Source: Thainema sp.
GTDB lineage: Bacteria; Cyanobacteriota; Cyanobacteriia; Phormidesmidales; Phormidesmidaceae
Assembly: GCA_052168235.1 (NCBI GenBank)
Contig: JBQLZK010000027.1
Location: forward strand, 1 to 64,000
Direction of reading: 5' to 3'
DNA: 64,000 bases
Position 1 is the stretch's first letter. Each line of letters opens with the position of its first letter. The notes beneath the pieces were generated by a model that saw nothing but the letters and a program-made list of their open reading frames with translations, was not told the origin of the DNA and made no database searches. The translations under genes were made by a program, and so were the position numbers. Below are positions 42,618-53,065 of the stretch, one piece after another.

Positions 42618-43250
42618 CTAGCGATCGCGCAACTGCGCCTCCAAACCCGCCACATCTTCCGGCAGCAAAACGATCATCCGTCCGCTGTAGTTGACGCCAG
42701 CCGGATTGCGCGCAACTTCGACCCAGTAGGCGTAGCGATCGCCCTGACGCAGTTCACCTTCTAGGAACGTTAATAGCGGTGAATTGCGGGACTGGCGAAA
42801 GGTATCGGCATTGGGATAGGTATAGACGGGTTCGGCTTCCATATAGTCGCGATAGAGATCAGCGCCATAAATCACCCGCAGCGTTTCTTCGAGGCGTTCA
42901 CGGGTGACGCCGTTGATGATGTCGAATAGCTCAATTTTTTCGGAGCGGATTTCGCCGACGACTCCGGGTTCTAGGGGACGTCCAGGCGACAGGCGCGAGG
43001 CTTCAAACAGGAATCGCTGAGCAGCGGTGTCGGTACGCTGTACGCGCAGGCGTTCGCCGAGTTCAGGCTGCAAGGTGGGGTGGGCTTGAATCCAGGCGGC
43101 AACATCGTCGGCTTTTTGTCCGGGTAGGGCTGCGGCTGGCTGGCTGGTTAGCGTTTCAGTCGCGGTGTAACCCAGGAGTAAAAGTGCGATCGCACCTCCG
43201 ATTTTTCTCCCTTGCCGCCCCAATCGTTGATTGTTCCTGTGCTGACCCAT
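42618..43250 (-). CDS. Hypothetical exported protein
   Basis: AAALPGQ..DDVAAWIQAHPTL motif after a signal peptide. Confidence 0.75.
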   Translation of the reverse strand: MGQHRNNQRLGRQGRKIGGAIALLLLGYTATETLTSQPAAALPGQKADDVAAWIQAHPTLQPELGERLRVQRTDTAAQRFLFEASRLSPGRPLEPGVVGEIRSEKIELFDIINGVTRERLEETLRVIYGADLYRDYMEAEPVYTYPNADTFRQSRNSPLLTFLEGELRQGDRYAYWVEVARNPAGVNYSGRMIVLLPEDVAGLEAQLRDR

Positions 43251-43324
43251 ATTCCTTTCCTCCAACTCCGCTCCTCATTATGACCATCTCAACGATAAAA
43301 CGAACATCTTCAACAATTTGTTAA

Positions 43325-43424
43325 CTCACAGCTTGTACCCAAATTCAAAGAAGTAATTTTGTCGCCGCATTGCGACAGCAAAATTACTTCTTTAGGTTCA
43401 GTTTTGAATAGGGCAGGCTGTGTC
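43325..43424. mobile_element. MITE family B, degenerate copy
   Basis: ctcacagcttgtac...gcaggctgtgtc ends; aagaagtaattttg...caaaattacttctt palindrome. Confidence 0.6.
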
Positions 43425-43503
43425 TTGACTCAGGTTGAACGGGGCTGCAATGGCGTTAATATCGCTGAGTAGATGGAACAGAACGTCATCCCAATCAACT
43501 GTT

Positions 43504-43610
43504 TATAGCCTTTCCTGATCTACTGAGGTATAAGTTATTTTTTGGAAAGCCGCGCGGAGCGCGGCTTTCCAAAAAATAACCTCCCCTTTATCAGCGCAAT
43601 AAGCGCTATA
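43504..43610. mobile_element. MITE family D copy 2
   Basis: Inverted homolog of 34093-34197. Confidence 0.8.
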
Positions 43611-43747
43611 AACCTCAGTGGTGATGTGTTGCTGATTCGCTCAATTTTTGTTCAAACTCGGCTGAATTTCGCTGCGCTAAGCTTAAGTTAGGCTTAAACA
43701 ACCGAAGCCTAATCATCGAATACGTATCTATCTCGCACTAAACGCCA

Positions 43748-44848
43748 ATGAAGACTGCTAGCCAATCGACTCCTGAACAGGACTCCACCCCTAAAAACGG
43801 AACCTCAAAACAGACCTCGACGGGCAAGACATCGTCACTCACACCGCTGCATCAGTATGCCCATGAGGCGATTCGCAAGCACTTCAAGAAATCGACCAAG
43901 TATTTGGATGATGTACTGTGCGATCGCGATCCAGAAGATGTGCATCAGATGCGGGTTGGCATGCGGCGGCTACGGACGGCGCTACAGGTCTTCGAAGGAG
44001 TCGTTGTGCTGCCGTCTGGGCTGAGTATTAAGAAAATTGGCAAGCTGGCTAAAGCACTGGGCAACGTGCGGGATTTAGACGTGATGCTGGAGTGGTTGCA
44101 GTCTTATTTGGAAAAAGCTGATCCTAAAGTGATTGGGGCGCTGGCACCGGTGATGGAGCGGGTGCAGAAGAAGCGCAAGAAGTGCCGCAAGCGGCTGCGG
44201 AAGGTACTGAAAGGGAAGCAGTATGCCGCGTTTGAGCAGGGTTTTCAAACTTGGCTAGAGCAGCCAAAGTATACGCCAGTGGCCGAATTGCCGCTGGAGC
44301 AGGTTTTACCCGACTTGCTGCTGCCGCTGATTAGCGAACTACTGCTGCATCCGGGTTGGTTGGTGGCGACTAGCAGCACAAAACAGAAGGGGATTCAGCC
44401 GACCAAGCGACTGAACCAAACACAAATTCATCAGGTGCTAAAGCAAGATAGCGACGATCTACATGACCTGCGTAAACAAATGAAGCGGGTACGCTATCAG
44501 ACTGAGTTTTTTACCGAGTTTTATGGCGATAGCTACCAGGCTCAAACGGAGGAGTTTCGAGTGATTCAGGATTTGCTCGGTCAGCTCCAGGATGGGGCGA
44601 TTTTGAGCGAGTTTTTAGCGGATGAACTCGATGCCGATTGGCCCAAGCAGCTACCGGATTTACACCAGCAGCTCCAGCAGGAGCAAATTGACATTTGGCG
44701 ACAGTGGCAGCCAATTCAAGCGAAGTATCTGACCGCTGAATTCCGGCAGCAGTTGCGCCAGTTGGTGTTGACGCCTGGTGCTGCACCTACAGCCAGCCCC
44801 GCAGCCGATAAATCACCAGCCCCAGATACTCCTTCAGAATCCGAGTAG
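43748..44848 (+). CDS. CHAD domain protein
   Basis: DPEDVHQMRVGMRRLR, LGNVRDLDV, LHDLRKQMKRVRY, QDLLGQLQD. Confidence 0.9.
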   Translation: MKTASQSTPEQDSTPKNGTSKQTSTGKTSSLTPLHQYAHEAIRKHFKKSTKYLDDVLCDRDPEDVHQMRVGMRRLRTALQVFEGVVVLPSGLSIKKIGKLAKALGNVRDLDVMLEWLQSYLEKADPKVIGALAPVMERVQKKRKKCRKRLRKVLKGKQYAAFEQGFQTWLEQPKYTPVAELPLEQVLPDLLLPLISELLLHPGWLVATSSTKQKGIQPTKRLNQTQIHQVLKQDSDDLHDLRKQMKRVRYQTEFFTEFYGDSYQAQTEEFRVIQDLLGQLQDGAILSEFLADELDADWPKQLPDLHQQLQQEQIDIWRQWQPIQAKYLTAEFRQQLRQLVLTPGAAPTASPAADKSPAPDTPSESE

Positions 44849-45578
44849 TCTGCGCTAGATTTTCGGCGCTGGGCAAAATACCCAAGATGCGACCTTCCAG
44901 GCTGCTGGTTAATTCGGCGTAGCTCTGTTCCGACACCATAAAATCGGTCGGAGCTGCGATCGCAGTTATCCCCTGTTTCTTGAAGATCGCCAGAGCGCGC
45001 GGCATGTGTAGCGCAGAGGTCACAAGCAGCACCTGATCGAGATCCCGCTGCTCTAGAATCTGCTTGACGTTGATGGCGTTCTGGTAGGTATTTAAGGACT
45101 CTGGATCTTGCAGAATCGCGTTGGGGGCAACGCCCATCTCAACGGCAATTTGAGCCATATCTGCCGACTCAGATGCACCGCCATCTTTCCAGTCAATTCG
45201 GCCACCGCTGAGGATCAGCCAGGGCGCTTTGCCTGCGTTATACAGACGGGCACCGTGCAGAATGCGATCGCCCGCTTCCATTACGTCTACCCAGGGTCGG
45301 GGCGCAATCTGGGAGCGCGTGGCACCACCGAGTACAACAATGGCGTCAGCGTTCGGTAAATTGGCAGGCGGTAGGTTTTGCCATTCCAAGGACTGCGTCA
45401 ACCCAGTGGCGACCCAAGCGTTGCTGCCCAGCCATAAAACTGCGATCGCACCTAACAGCAAACTCGCCGCCGCACGGGGTCGTTTCCAAAGCAGGAACCA
45501 GGCCAGCGCAATCAACAAGCAGCCCAGTCCTAGCGGATAGACGAATAGGGGCAACAGTTTGGACAGGAATAAAAACAT
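44787..45578 (-). CDS. YdcF/ElyC (DUF218) family protein
   Basis: DAIVVLGG, LILSGG, SLNTYQNA, LLVTSALHMPRA. Confidence 0.9.
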   Translation of the reverse strand: MFLFLSKLLPLFVYPLGLGCLLIALAWFLLWKRPRAAASLLLGAIAVLWLGSNAWVATGLTQSLEWQNLPPANLPNADAIVVLGGATRSQIAPRPWVDVMEAGDRILHGARLYNAGKAPWLILSGGRIDWKDGGASESADMAQIAVEMGVAPNAILQDPESLNTYQNAINVKQILEQRDLDQVLLVTSALHMPRALAIFKKQGITAIAAPTDFMVSEQSYAELTSSLEGRILGILPSAENLAQTTRILKEYLGLVIYRLRGWL

Positions 45579-45601
45579 GGTGGTTGGCAGGCTGCTTTTG
45601 A

Positions 45602-45934
45602 TTACTCATTGCGCGAGTCAATCCGAGACTCACCCCGAGAGCGACGACGCTGATACACCGATGAGCTAGGCCGAAACCAGCGATTGCGATTACCCTGACG
45701 GGCGCTGCGCCAGAGCGAGATCCGACTGCGTAGGCGACTGATGGCTGTTTCAGGTATGGCTTCAGCTTGATTGGGCGAAGTTGGCGCTTGCCACCAGGTA
45801 ATAATCAGACTGGCCGCAATCCCTGCGGCTGCTCCTAGGCATAGGCTGAGGGGAATCGGATAATCCAGCAAAACAAAGCAGACGAGAAAAAACAGCCAGA
45901 GCTGTAAGCCAATCGTAATCCCTTGGTCGCTCAT
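45602..45934 (-). CDS. Hypothetical membrane protein
   Basis: Two TM helices followed by an Arg-rich tail. Confidence 0.65.
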   Translation of the reverse strand: MSDQGITIGLQLWLFFLVCFVLLDYPIPLSLCLGAAAGIAASLIITWWQAPTSPNQAEAIPETAISRLRSRISLWRSARQGNRNRWFRPSSSVYQRRRSRGESRIDSRNE

Positions 45935-46143
45935 AATCTTGTTCAGGTATACCTCCAGAACTCAAGCATTTCTGTTATACAGCAATCGGGGTGAGGAGTG
46001 AGCGTGAGGCGTGAGGCGTGAGGTCTGTAAAAAAATACTAACAGTGGTTGACTTTTTGATCGAAATTGGGAGCGCTGTGCTAACTTTATCAGCCAGTTTA
46101 AGTCTTAAGCAGTGTTTTTCGGTGTGCTTGGAGTAAGTGAGTT

Positions 46144-46488
46144 ATGACTATTCGATTGAAGACGTTAAGGAATGTCTTGGGGTTTGGTGCGATCGCAACT
46201 TTAACTCTTATGAGTAGCTTGATGATTACCGCATCGCCTATGTTGGCGGATCGTCCCGGTACGTCGCGTCCGCCTGCGGCCAGTAACGCAACGGCTCGCG
46301 CTACGACTAATGCGACTGTCTATGCTTCACCCAATTTGAGTTCTGCAAACATTGTCGGTTCAATTCCCAGCGGCACGGCTGTACAGGTGTTTGATGCGAT
46401 TGGCGTTTCGAGCACGATGACGATGTATTACGTCGATAGTGGTGTGGTGCGGGGCTGGGTGCGGCAGTCTGATCTTGTTTTTCTCTAA
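46144..46488 (+). CDS. Secreted SH3b-like domain protein
   Basis: Signal peptide; VYASP....IVGSIPSGT.V...YYV....RGWV. Confidence 0.7.
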   Translation: MTIRLKTLRNVLGFGAIATLTLMSSLMITASPMLADRPGTSRPPAASNATARATTNATVYASPNLSSANIVGSIPSGTAVQVFDAIGVSSTMTMYYVDSGVVRGWVRQSDLVFL

Positions 46489-46597
46489 TTTTCGCCAGTT
46501 CTCTCCAAATCGATATTGGACAGATCCCCCAACGGTGTCATGTCAAGCCCCTAGAATAAGAAGTAATATTTTGTAACAGGATGAGTTGGAGGTCGGC

Positions 46598-46867
46598 ATG
46601 GCGGCAAATATTGAAATCTATACCTGGAGTAGCTGCCCGTTTTGCATTCGGGCGAAGGCGCTGTTAGATAAAAAAGGTGTTGACTACACTGAACACCAAA
46701 TTGATGGTGATGAAGCAGCTCGGTCAAAAATGGCAAAGCGGACGGGTGGGCCACGTTCGGTGCCCCAGATTTTTGTGAATGATCACTACGTTGGGGATTG
46801 CCAGGGCATTCATCAGCTTGATGCCCAGGGCAAGCTTGACCAAATTTTACAGGGCGGCGCAGCCTAG
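46598..46867 (+). CDS. grxC: Glutaredoxin 3
   Basis: CPFC active site, SVPQIFVN. Confidence 0.92.
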   Translation: MAANIEIYTWSSCPFCIRAKALLDKKGVDYTEHQIDGDEAARSKMAKRTGGPRSVPQIFVNDHYVGDCQGIHQLDAQGKLDQILQGGAA

Positions 46868-46872
46868 TTGTT

Positions 46873-46919
46873 TAAACGAGAATCCCCCTGCCGCATCGCG
46901 GCAGGGGGATTCTCGTTTA
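46873..46919. repeat. Perfect palindrome between convergent grxC and dps
   Basis: taaacgagaatccccctgccgc-atc-gcggcagggggattctcgttta. Confidence 0.8.
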
Positions 46920-46930
46920 GCAAGTATTAA

Positions 46931-47464
46931 CTACTTCGCGTCGCCTTTCTTGACCAGGTGCGCTTCGAGGAACCAGAGGCGCTTGTCAACGGTGCGAGAT
47001 ACTTCCGTGTAGAGGTCAGCCGTATCGGCATCGCCCAGATCATCGGTGGTATCAATTGCTTCCCGGACGTGCTTAGCATAAGCGGCAAAGCGCTCAGCCA
47101 GGGCTGTGACGTGCTCTTCACCCGTGACGGCTTCTAGGTCGTACTCGGGCAGAATCGATTCAGCCGCAGCGAGGCGGGCGGTGCCCATAGCAGTGCCACC
47201 CAGGGCAGTGACGCGCTCGGCCACCATGTCAACGTACTCTTCTAGTTCACCTGCCATTTCATCAAACAGCTCATGCAGTTGATAAAAGTCCATGCCTTTG
47301 ACGTTCCAGTGAGCCTGCTTGGTCTGGGTTTTGAGATCTAACGTGGCGGCTAGGGTTTGGTTGAGGATTTCGGTAACCTGCGATCGCACATCCTGCGGCA
47401 AATCGATCCGAGTGGGATAGAAGCGGCGATTTGATTTGGATGGACGAGATGTTGTGGCTGTCAT
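46931..47464 (-). CDS. dps: DNA starvation/stationary phase protection protein Dps
   Basis: KQAHWNVKG..F..LHELFD, D.VAER. Confidence 0.95.
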   Translation of the reverse strand: MTATTSRPSKSNRRFYPTRIDLPQDVRSQVTEILNQTLAATLDLKTQTKQAHWNVKGMDFYQLHELFDEMAGELEEYVDMVAERVTALGGTAMGTARLAAAESILPEYDLEAVTGEEHVTALAERFAAYAKHVREAIDTTDDLGDADTADLYTEVSRTVDKRLWFLEAHLVKKGDAK

Positions 47465-47871
47465 AAATTTAAGACTCTCCTAGTGTGAGTAATGCGAAAA
47501 ACTTAGGCTAGTTGGAAAAACGGTAAATAAGGGGAAGCTGCAATTCAAGCAGTTGACTTTTCGGTGATAGCGCAAGTTTTCCAGTCTGCAATCAAGATTA
47601 ACTTCAATCATCGATTCCAACTGAGCGATCAGCCGAAAGGAATTCAACTGTAGACTACCGCAACTGTGAAGACGCATCGTACCTCTGCATACCGTTGAAT
47701 CGGATTGTTAAACCTAAATTACATCAGTCTCACGATTGCTACTCCTAAAGTGTACTCATAATGACTTCGACTTGACAACCCCTTCTTTAAAATTCCGCAA
47801 AAAAATTAGTAGAAGATCCTAAGGTACATGACTCGTTTGAGTTTGGATTCTGCCAATGGGCTAAGATTACA

Positions 47872-47972
47872 GAGCGCCAATCGGCCAAGTTTGTCGGCAA
47901 GGTAGGGAAAATCCGGTGTAAGTCCGGTGCTGTGCCGCAGCTGTGAAAGCCAGAATGCCTACTAGCTGATGC
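47872..47972 (+). promoter_or_regulatory. Cobalamin riboswitch (compact form)
   Basis: GGGAA.atccggtgtaagtccgg.gctgtgccgcagctgtg..AGCCAGAATGCC upstream of cbiX. Confidence 0.85.
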
Positions 47973-48012
47973 TGATGTTTATTCTCCTGCGTTGCACAGG
48001 AAACTGATTGTC

Positions 48013-49119
48013 ATGTCTACTACACCGCTCAATTCGAGTCGTTTAACTGTTGCGTCGATTGAGGCGTTTCAGACTGAATTGCTGGCTCAAGAGGCAACTG
48101 CGATCGCGCAGCTAGAGCTACCTCCGCTTCCCATCAAGCGACCTCTCCTGATGGTGGGGCACGGTAGCCGTGATGCCGATGGTCGTCAGCGCTTGCTAGA
48201 TTTCGCCCATATTTACCAATCTTTAGATCCGTCCCGACCCGTTTTGCCCTGCTTTCTCGAGCTGACAGAACCGTCGATTCAAGACGGCGTTGATCAGTGT
48301 GTGGAGCAAGGCTATACGGATCTGTCGGTGCTGCCGATTTTGCTATTTGCGGCGCGCCACAATAAGTTTGACGTGACAAACGAGCTGGATCGCGCCCGTC
48401 AGCGTCACCCCCAGCTCAAGTTTCACTACGGTCGCCACTTTGGGATTACGCCTGAAATTTTAGATCTATGGCGCGATCGCTTGGCGCTACTGGATACGCC
48501 GGAGCATAATCCCTATGGGATTGAGCGCAGCGAGACAGTTTTACTCTTTGTGGGACGCGGATCGAGCGATCCAGATGCCAATGGTGATGTTGCTAAACTG
48601 GCGCGTATGGTGTGGGAAGGCAGCGGCTATCACACGGTTGAAACTTGCTTCATTGGGATTACGCATCCCCGGTTGGAGGAGGGTTTTGAGCGGGCAAGGC
48701 TTTATCGACCTAAGCGGATTGTAGTGCTGCCCTACTTCATGTTTACAGGGGTGCTGGTCAAGAAAATTTTTGATATCACCGCGCAGCAGCAGGCTCAGTT
48801 CCCCCACATTCACCTGTCTTGCCTGCCGGAGATGAACATTCATCCCCAACTGTTAGCAATTCTGCGCCGTCGTGAGCTAGAAACGCAGATGGGCGAAGTG
48901 CAAATGAACTGTGAAATGTGTAAGTTCCGGTTAGCGGCCAAGTCGGGTGATACTCATGGCCACTCCCACGGTCATGATCATGGGCATTCACATCATGATC
49001 ATAGTCATGGCCACAATCATGGTCACAGCCACGGGCATGGGCATGATCACAGCCATGAAGCTGTCGATCCTTATGCCAAACCTGCCGATTATCACGACCG
49101 AGTTTGGCAAGTTCCCTAG
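48013..49119 (+). CDS. cbiX: Sirohydrochlorin cobaltochelatase CbiX (long form)
   Basis: [28 protein letters not shown] and His-rich tail. Confidence 0.92.
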   Translation: MSTTPLNSSRLTVASIEAFQTELLAQEATAIAQLELPPLPIKRPLLMVGHGSRDADGRQRLLDFAHIYQSLDPSRPVLPCFLELTEPSIQDGVDQCVEQGYTDLSVLPILLFAARHNKFDVTNELDRARQRHPQLKFHYGRHFGITPEILDLWRDRLALLDTPEHNPYGIERSETVLLFVGRGSSDPDANGDVAKLARMVWEGSGYHTVETCFIGITHPRLEEGFERARLYRPKRIVVLPYFMFTGVLVKKIFDITAQQQAQFPHIHLSCLPEMNIHPQLLAILRRRELETQMGEVQMNCEMCKFRLAAKSGDTHGHSHGHDHGHSHHDHSHGHNHGHSHGHGHDHSHEAVDPYAKPADYHDRVWQVP

Positions 49120-49136
49120 CTTTACCAACCTCAAAC

Positions 49137-49171
49137 GAGCAGTGGCTGCCGCGATGCGGCAGCCACTGCTC
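49137..49171. repeat. Perfect palindrome downstream of cbiX
   Basis: gagcagtggctgccgc-gat-gcggcagccactgctc; same core as 46873-46919. Confidence 0.75.
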
Positions 49172-49295
49172 ATTTTGGGATCTTTTGCAAATCTTGAAGT
49201 GGAAGGAGTCAAATTTAGTTGCTAAATCGGTAACTGCAATATTCAGCATCATCAACCAGCGATAGAGTTAAAACGTTGGTGAAGAGTGAAAGAAC

Positions 49296-50624
49296 ATGAA
49301 AACAATCGTTGCGTTAGCCCTCGGCGCTGGATTGGGTTGGTCAGGATTGAGCCATTTGGCAGTGGCGCAAACGTCGCTCGATGAATCTCTAGATCAAAAC
49401 TCAGATAAAGCTCCAACTACTCAAATTGCTGCACCAGACGACGAGCCAACTTGGTATAACTGCCTGACTCGTGAAGTCTGGAGTCCTGAGAAGCAGGCAT
49501 GGTGCGATCTGCTCCGCACGATGCAGGGCTTGGAGTACACCGTTCCCTACTATGGCGCTGTTGTACTGAACAATGGCTTCTATGAAAATACAGAGCAGCG
49601 CTGGCAAGTTAGCTTAATTAATCAGGCCGGACTGATTGACTTTGGTGATTTGGATGGGGATGGAACAGCGGATGATGCGATCGCACTTTTATTAGTGAAT
49701 TCAGGTGGTTCGGGGCAGTTTGTTTATCTTGCGCCAGTTCTGGATGTTGCAACTGATCCTCAGCCATTGGGTACGGTATTTCTGGGCGATCGCGTTCGGG
49801 TCAATGCCGTGGGTATCGATGACGGACAGGTCACACTGAATATGGTGACGCAGGATGCAGATGATCCGCTTTGCTGTCCGACGTTAGAAGTCACGCAGGT
49901 GTATCAGGTGCAGCCGGCGCTGGTGCAGGTAAGCGGTGATTTGCTGGCACCCATGACGCTGCCGGGGCCGCTGCCGGATCGGTCGGAAACCGATGAGTTT
50001 CCAGACAAAGTAGAGGGCGAAATCCTGATTCAGCTAGACACAAATGACTACATCGTTCGCGTGTATCAGGAAGACGAACAAACTAAGATTGACTTGTATA
50101 ACAAGGCTAGTCAGGGGTTAGACCTGAACGGTGTGCCCGTAACGGTGGAGGAAACGCCGGAGGGAACGAGTTATCTATACGAAGGCGAGCTAACGGTGCG
50201 GGTATTTGATTCAGCGTATGGCAAGGATAGTTTGGTGATTAATGGCGATGTTCAGCCGGATGATCAGACCAGCAGCGATTTAGCCACCATCACGGGCACG
50301 GTCGCCTATCGGCAGCGGATTGCGCTACCTCCCACTGCGATTATTGAGGTTCAGCTTCAGGATGTGAGTTTGCAGGATGCCGCGGCTGTTATCTTGGCCA
50401 GCGAAACGATTGAATCTGACGGTCGCCAAGTGCCGATTCCGTTTTCCCTCTCCTATGATGCCGATGAGATTAATCCCCGTCATACCTATGCGGTGCGGGC
50501 CAGCATCTACGTGGATGATCAGCTCCGGTTTACCAGTACCACTAGCTACCCAGTGATTACCAACGGCAATCCCCATCAAGTAGATATTATCGTTGAGCCA
50601 GTGACGAGTGCCGGGAATCGATAG
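49296..50624 (+). CDS. Exported protein with C-terminal YbaY-like domain
   Basis: Signal peptide; ITGTVAYRQRIALPP...DVSLQDAAA...GRQVPIPF. Confidence 0.85.
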   Translation: MKTIVALALGAGLGWSGLSHLAVAQTSLDESLDQNSDKAPTTQIAAPDDEPTWYNCLTREVWSPEKQAWCDLLRTMQGLEYTVPYYGAVVLNNGFYENTEQRWQVSLINQAGLIDFGDLDGDGTADDAIALLLVNSGGSGQFVYLAPVLDVATDPQPLGTVFLGDRVRVNAVGIDDGQVTLNMVTQDADDPLCCPTLEVTQVYQVQPALVQVSGDLLAPMTLPGPLPDRSETDEFPDKVEGEILIQLDTNDYIVRVYQEDEQTKIDLYNKASQGLDLNGVPVTVEETPEGTSYLYEGELTVRVFDSAYGKDSLVINGDVQPDDQTSSDLATITGTVAYRQRIALPPTAIIEVQLQDVSLQDAAAVILASETIESDGRQVPIPFSLSYDADEINPRHTYAVRASIYVDDQLRFTSTTSYPVITNGNPHQVDIIVEPVTSAGNR

Positions 50625-50646
50625 CTATTCCTAAAATTGCGAGATT

Positions 50647-51471
50647 TTATTGATACCGCTCTAAGAAGTCCAATGCCTCATTGCGCAGTTCGTAGTACTC
50701 TCTAGACTCGCGCAGCTCATGACTATTACGGGGACGGGGCAGAGGAATATCGAGTATCTGGCCGATTTTAGCGCCAGGGCCGTTAGTCATCATCACCACG
50801 CGATCGGACATAAAGATAGCCTCGTCTACATCATGGGTAATCATCATGACGGCCTGGGGATGCTGTCCCCAAATCTCCAGAACGTCTTGCTGAAGCTTGG
50901 GCCGAGTCAAGGCATCCAGTGCGCCAAAGGGTTCATCTAGCAGCAGCATCTTGGGCCGAGTCGCCAAAGCCCGTGCGACTCCCACCCGCTGCTTCATGCC
51001 GCCTGATAGCTCATGGGGATATTTGTCGGCGGCAGCAGTGAGCTTCACCATCTCAATATGCTCATTCACAATTGAAACTTTGTCAGCTCGACTGGTAGTC
51101 TTGAACACTTCATCGACGGCCATGCGAATATTTTCTCGCACCGTCAGCCAGGGCAAGAGAGCATAGCCCTGAAATACCATCATCCGCTCTGAGCCCGGTT
51201 TACGAATGGTTCTGCCTTCCAGAATTGCTGCGCCAGCGGTTGGTTTTTCTAGGCCAGCCACAATTCGCATCAGAGTTGATTTGCCACAGCCAGAGTGCCC
51301 AATCACAGAGACATATTCCTGTGCGCCAATAGTCAGGTTGATGCCGTCCAGGACAACAAACTGGCTGCCATCTGGCTTACGAAAAGACTTGACTACGTTT
51401 TCAATGGCGAGAAAGGGTTCGGTTTGGGTAGGGTAAGCGCCGTTTGGCGTGACTGATCGCATAAAGGACAT
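50647..51471 (-). CDS. NrtD/CmpD-like ABC ATP-binding protein
   Basis: IGHSGCGKST, LSGGMKQRV, LDEPFGALDALTR, MMTNGP. Confidence 0.9.
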   Translation of the reverse strand: MSFMRSVTPNGAYPTQTEPFLAIENVVKSFRKPDGSQFVVLDGINLTIGAQEYVSVIGHSGCGKSTLMRIVAGLEKPTAGAAILEGRTIRKPGSERMMVFQGYALLPWLTVRENIRMAVDEVFKTTSRADKVSIVNEHIEMVKLTAAADKYPHELSGGMKQRVGVARALATRPKMLLLDEPFGALDALTRPKLQQDVLEIWGQHPQAVMMITHDVDEAIFMSDRVVMMTNGPGAKIGQILDIPLPRPRNSHELRESREYYELRNEALDFLERYQ

Positions 51472-51620
51472 GACAAATTCTCCCAGGTGTAAGGGTTAAG
51501 TCGTTTCGCTTCGGGGTGGTATTGCGGTAAGGCAGGTTGGTTAGGACATTGGGGAACGTCGGAACGTTGGAACGTTTAAACGTCTGAACGTGGAATCTCG
51601 TGGCTGTCTCGACAGAGTCC

Positions 51621-53051
51621 TTAGCTCATGATTTTTGGGACTACTTGCGTTTGGCTCAGGAAAAAGGTTTGGGGTGCGTTGGCGCGAATGTCAAAACTCT
51701 TGAGGTAGCCCGCTGGATCGCTTGGATCAAAGGATTTGCCATCGATAAATGCTTCCCCTGGTTCCACTTTGTAATCCTCTGCTGGACAGGCAATGTCCAT
51801 TTCGGCTGCAATTTCGCGATAGAGGTCTGTCTTCCAGGCTTGCCGAGCAATCTGATCGGCATTTTTCGGCAGGTCTGGAATTTGTCCCCAGCGGGCCGCT
51901 TGGGTCATCAGCCACAGGCTTTCGGACTGCCAGAGGAATGTGGAATGGTCGTTAGCCACAGTGGAGACGGAATCCGGCATGTCGAAAAACAGGGTTGTGT
52001 CTGGACTGTTTTTGATCCGAGATTTCCCGTCAAAGCCGCCGTAGCTGTAATTGCCGACGATGCCGGGTTGGGTATATTTGACGGCAGCTCCGGTAAATGA
52101 GCGTTGTGAGATGATGATGGCGACTTCTTTGCGGTTGGCTGGATCGCTACAGTACTGGCAGGCTTCGATCATGGCTTTAACCAGTGACCGATAGGTTTTG
52201 GGATAGTCCTGGATGAACGATTCGCGGACTGCAAGCAGGCGATCGGGGTGGCCGCGCCAAATTTCTCGTCCCTGTACAAAGGTAAAGCCAATGCCTTCGT
52301 TGCCGGAGATGGCGCGGGTGTTCCAGGGTTCTGCCACCATGTAGGCTTGCATCGCTCCAATGCGGGTGTTGCTCACCATCTGGGGCGACGGGGTAATAAT
52401 CAGCCGCAGGTCGCTCATGGGGTTGATACCCACAGCGGCGATTAGGTAGCGGACAAAGTATTCATAAATGGAGGAACTCAGGACGACAGCCCACACTCGG
52501 CTATCTAGAGGAGTGCTTTCCCAGTAGGTGCGCAGGTCGCGACCAAATGCCTCTAGGTCTCCGGCGTAGGTGTGCCAGGGTCTAACGCCGCCCTCCCAGA
52601 GTTGCCGATTCATGGTGAGGGCATTGCCGTGACGGTGGATCGTCATAGCGGCGCAGAGGGGAAACTGCCGTGCTCCTTCGGCTCCGGTACGCGCATTGGT
52701 GACGGCTCCAGAAACGACAGGTGAGGCATCCAAACGGCCAAAGATGATGCCGTCGCGGGAGTTGCCCCAACTGGCTTCGCGGCTGAGGGTGACGTTGAGG
52801 CCGTATTTGCGGAAGAAGCCTTTTTCCCAGGCAACGGCAAAGGGGGCACAGTCGTTAACCGGAACAAAACCGACGGTGATATTGGGTTTTTCTAAACTCG
52901 CCGGATCGATTACAGGCTCCATTGCTAGAGCGGCTTGGGGTAGACCGATTGGATTGTGAGTTTGGGTTTTACCACAGGCTGAAAATGCGATCGCAGTCGT
53001 CGTTGCGCCCATTCCTTGCAGGAAGGAACGCCGAGTCCATAGCGTATTCAT
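51621..53051 (-). CDS. NrtA/CmpA family substrate-binding lipoprotein
   Basis: Tat signal TRRSFL, lipobox FSAC, GFVPVNDCAP, AEPWN, WRGHP. Confidence 0.9.
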   Translation of the reverse strand: MNTLWTRRSFLQGMGATTTAIAFSACGKTQTHNPIGLPQAALAMEPVIDPASLEKPNITVGFVPVNDCAPFAVAWEKGFFRKYGLNVTLSREASWGNSRDGIIFGRLDASPVVSGAVTNARTGAEGARQFPLCAAMTIHRHGNALTMNRQLWEGGVRPWHTYAGDLEAFGRDLRTYWESTPLDSRVWAVVLSSSIYEYFVRYLIAAVGINPMSDLRLIITPSPQMVSNTRIGAMQAYMVAEPWNTRAISGNEGIGFTFVQGREIWRGHPDRLLAVRESFIQDYPKTYRSLVKAMIEACQYCSDPANRKEVAIIISQRSFTGAAVKYTQPGIVGNYSYGGFDGKSRIKNSPDTTLFFDMPDSVSTVANDHSTFLWQSESLWLMTQAARWGQIPDLPKNADQIARQAWKTDLYREIAAEMDIACPAEDYKVEPGEAFIDGKSFDPSDPAGYLKSFDIRANAPQTFFLSQTQVVPKIMS

Positions 53052-53065
53052 GGTTTCCTCCAAGC

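Noticed and set aside
44787..44848. 62-nt convergent overlap of the CHAD and YdcF genes
   Set aside because: Low-complexity tail overlap, common and probably incidental.
48950..49060. His/Gly-rich repeat
   Set aside because: Known metal-binding tail of long CbiX.
51550..51595. AACGTT-containing 8-mer tandem repeat (also near 54287-54310)
   Set aside because: Ordinary short tandem repeat typical of filamentous cyanobacteria; no spacers or associated genes.
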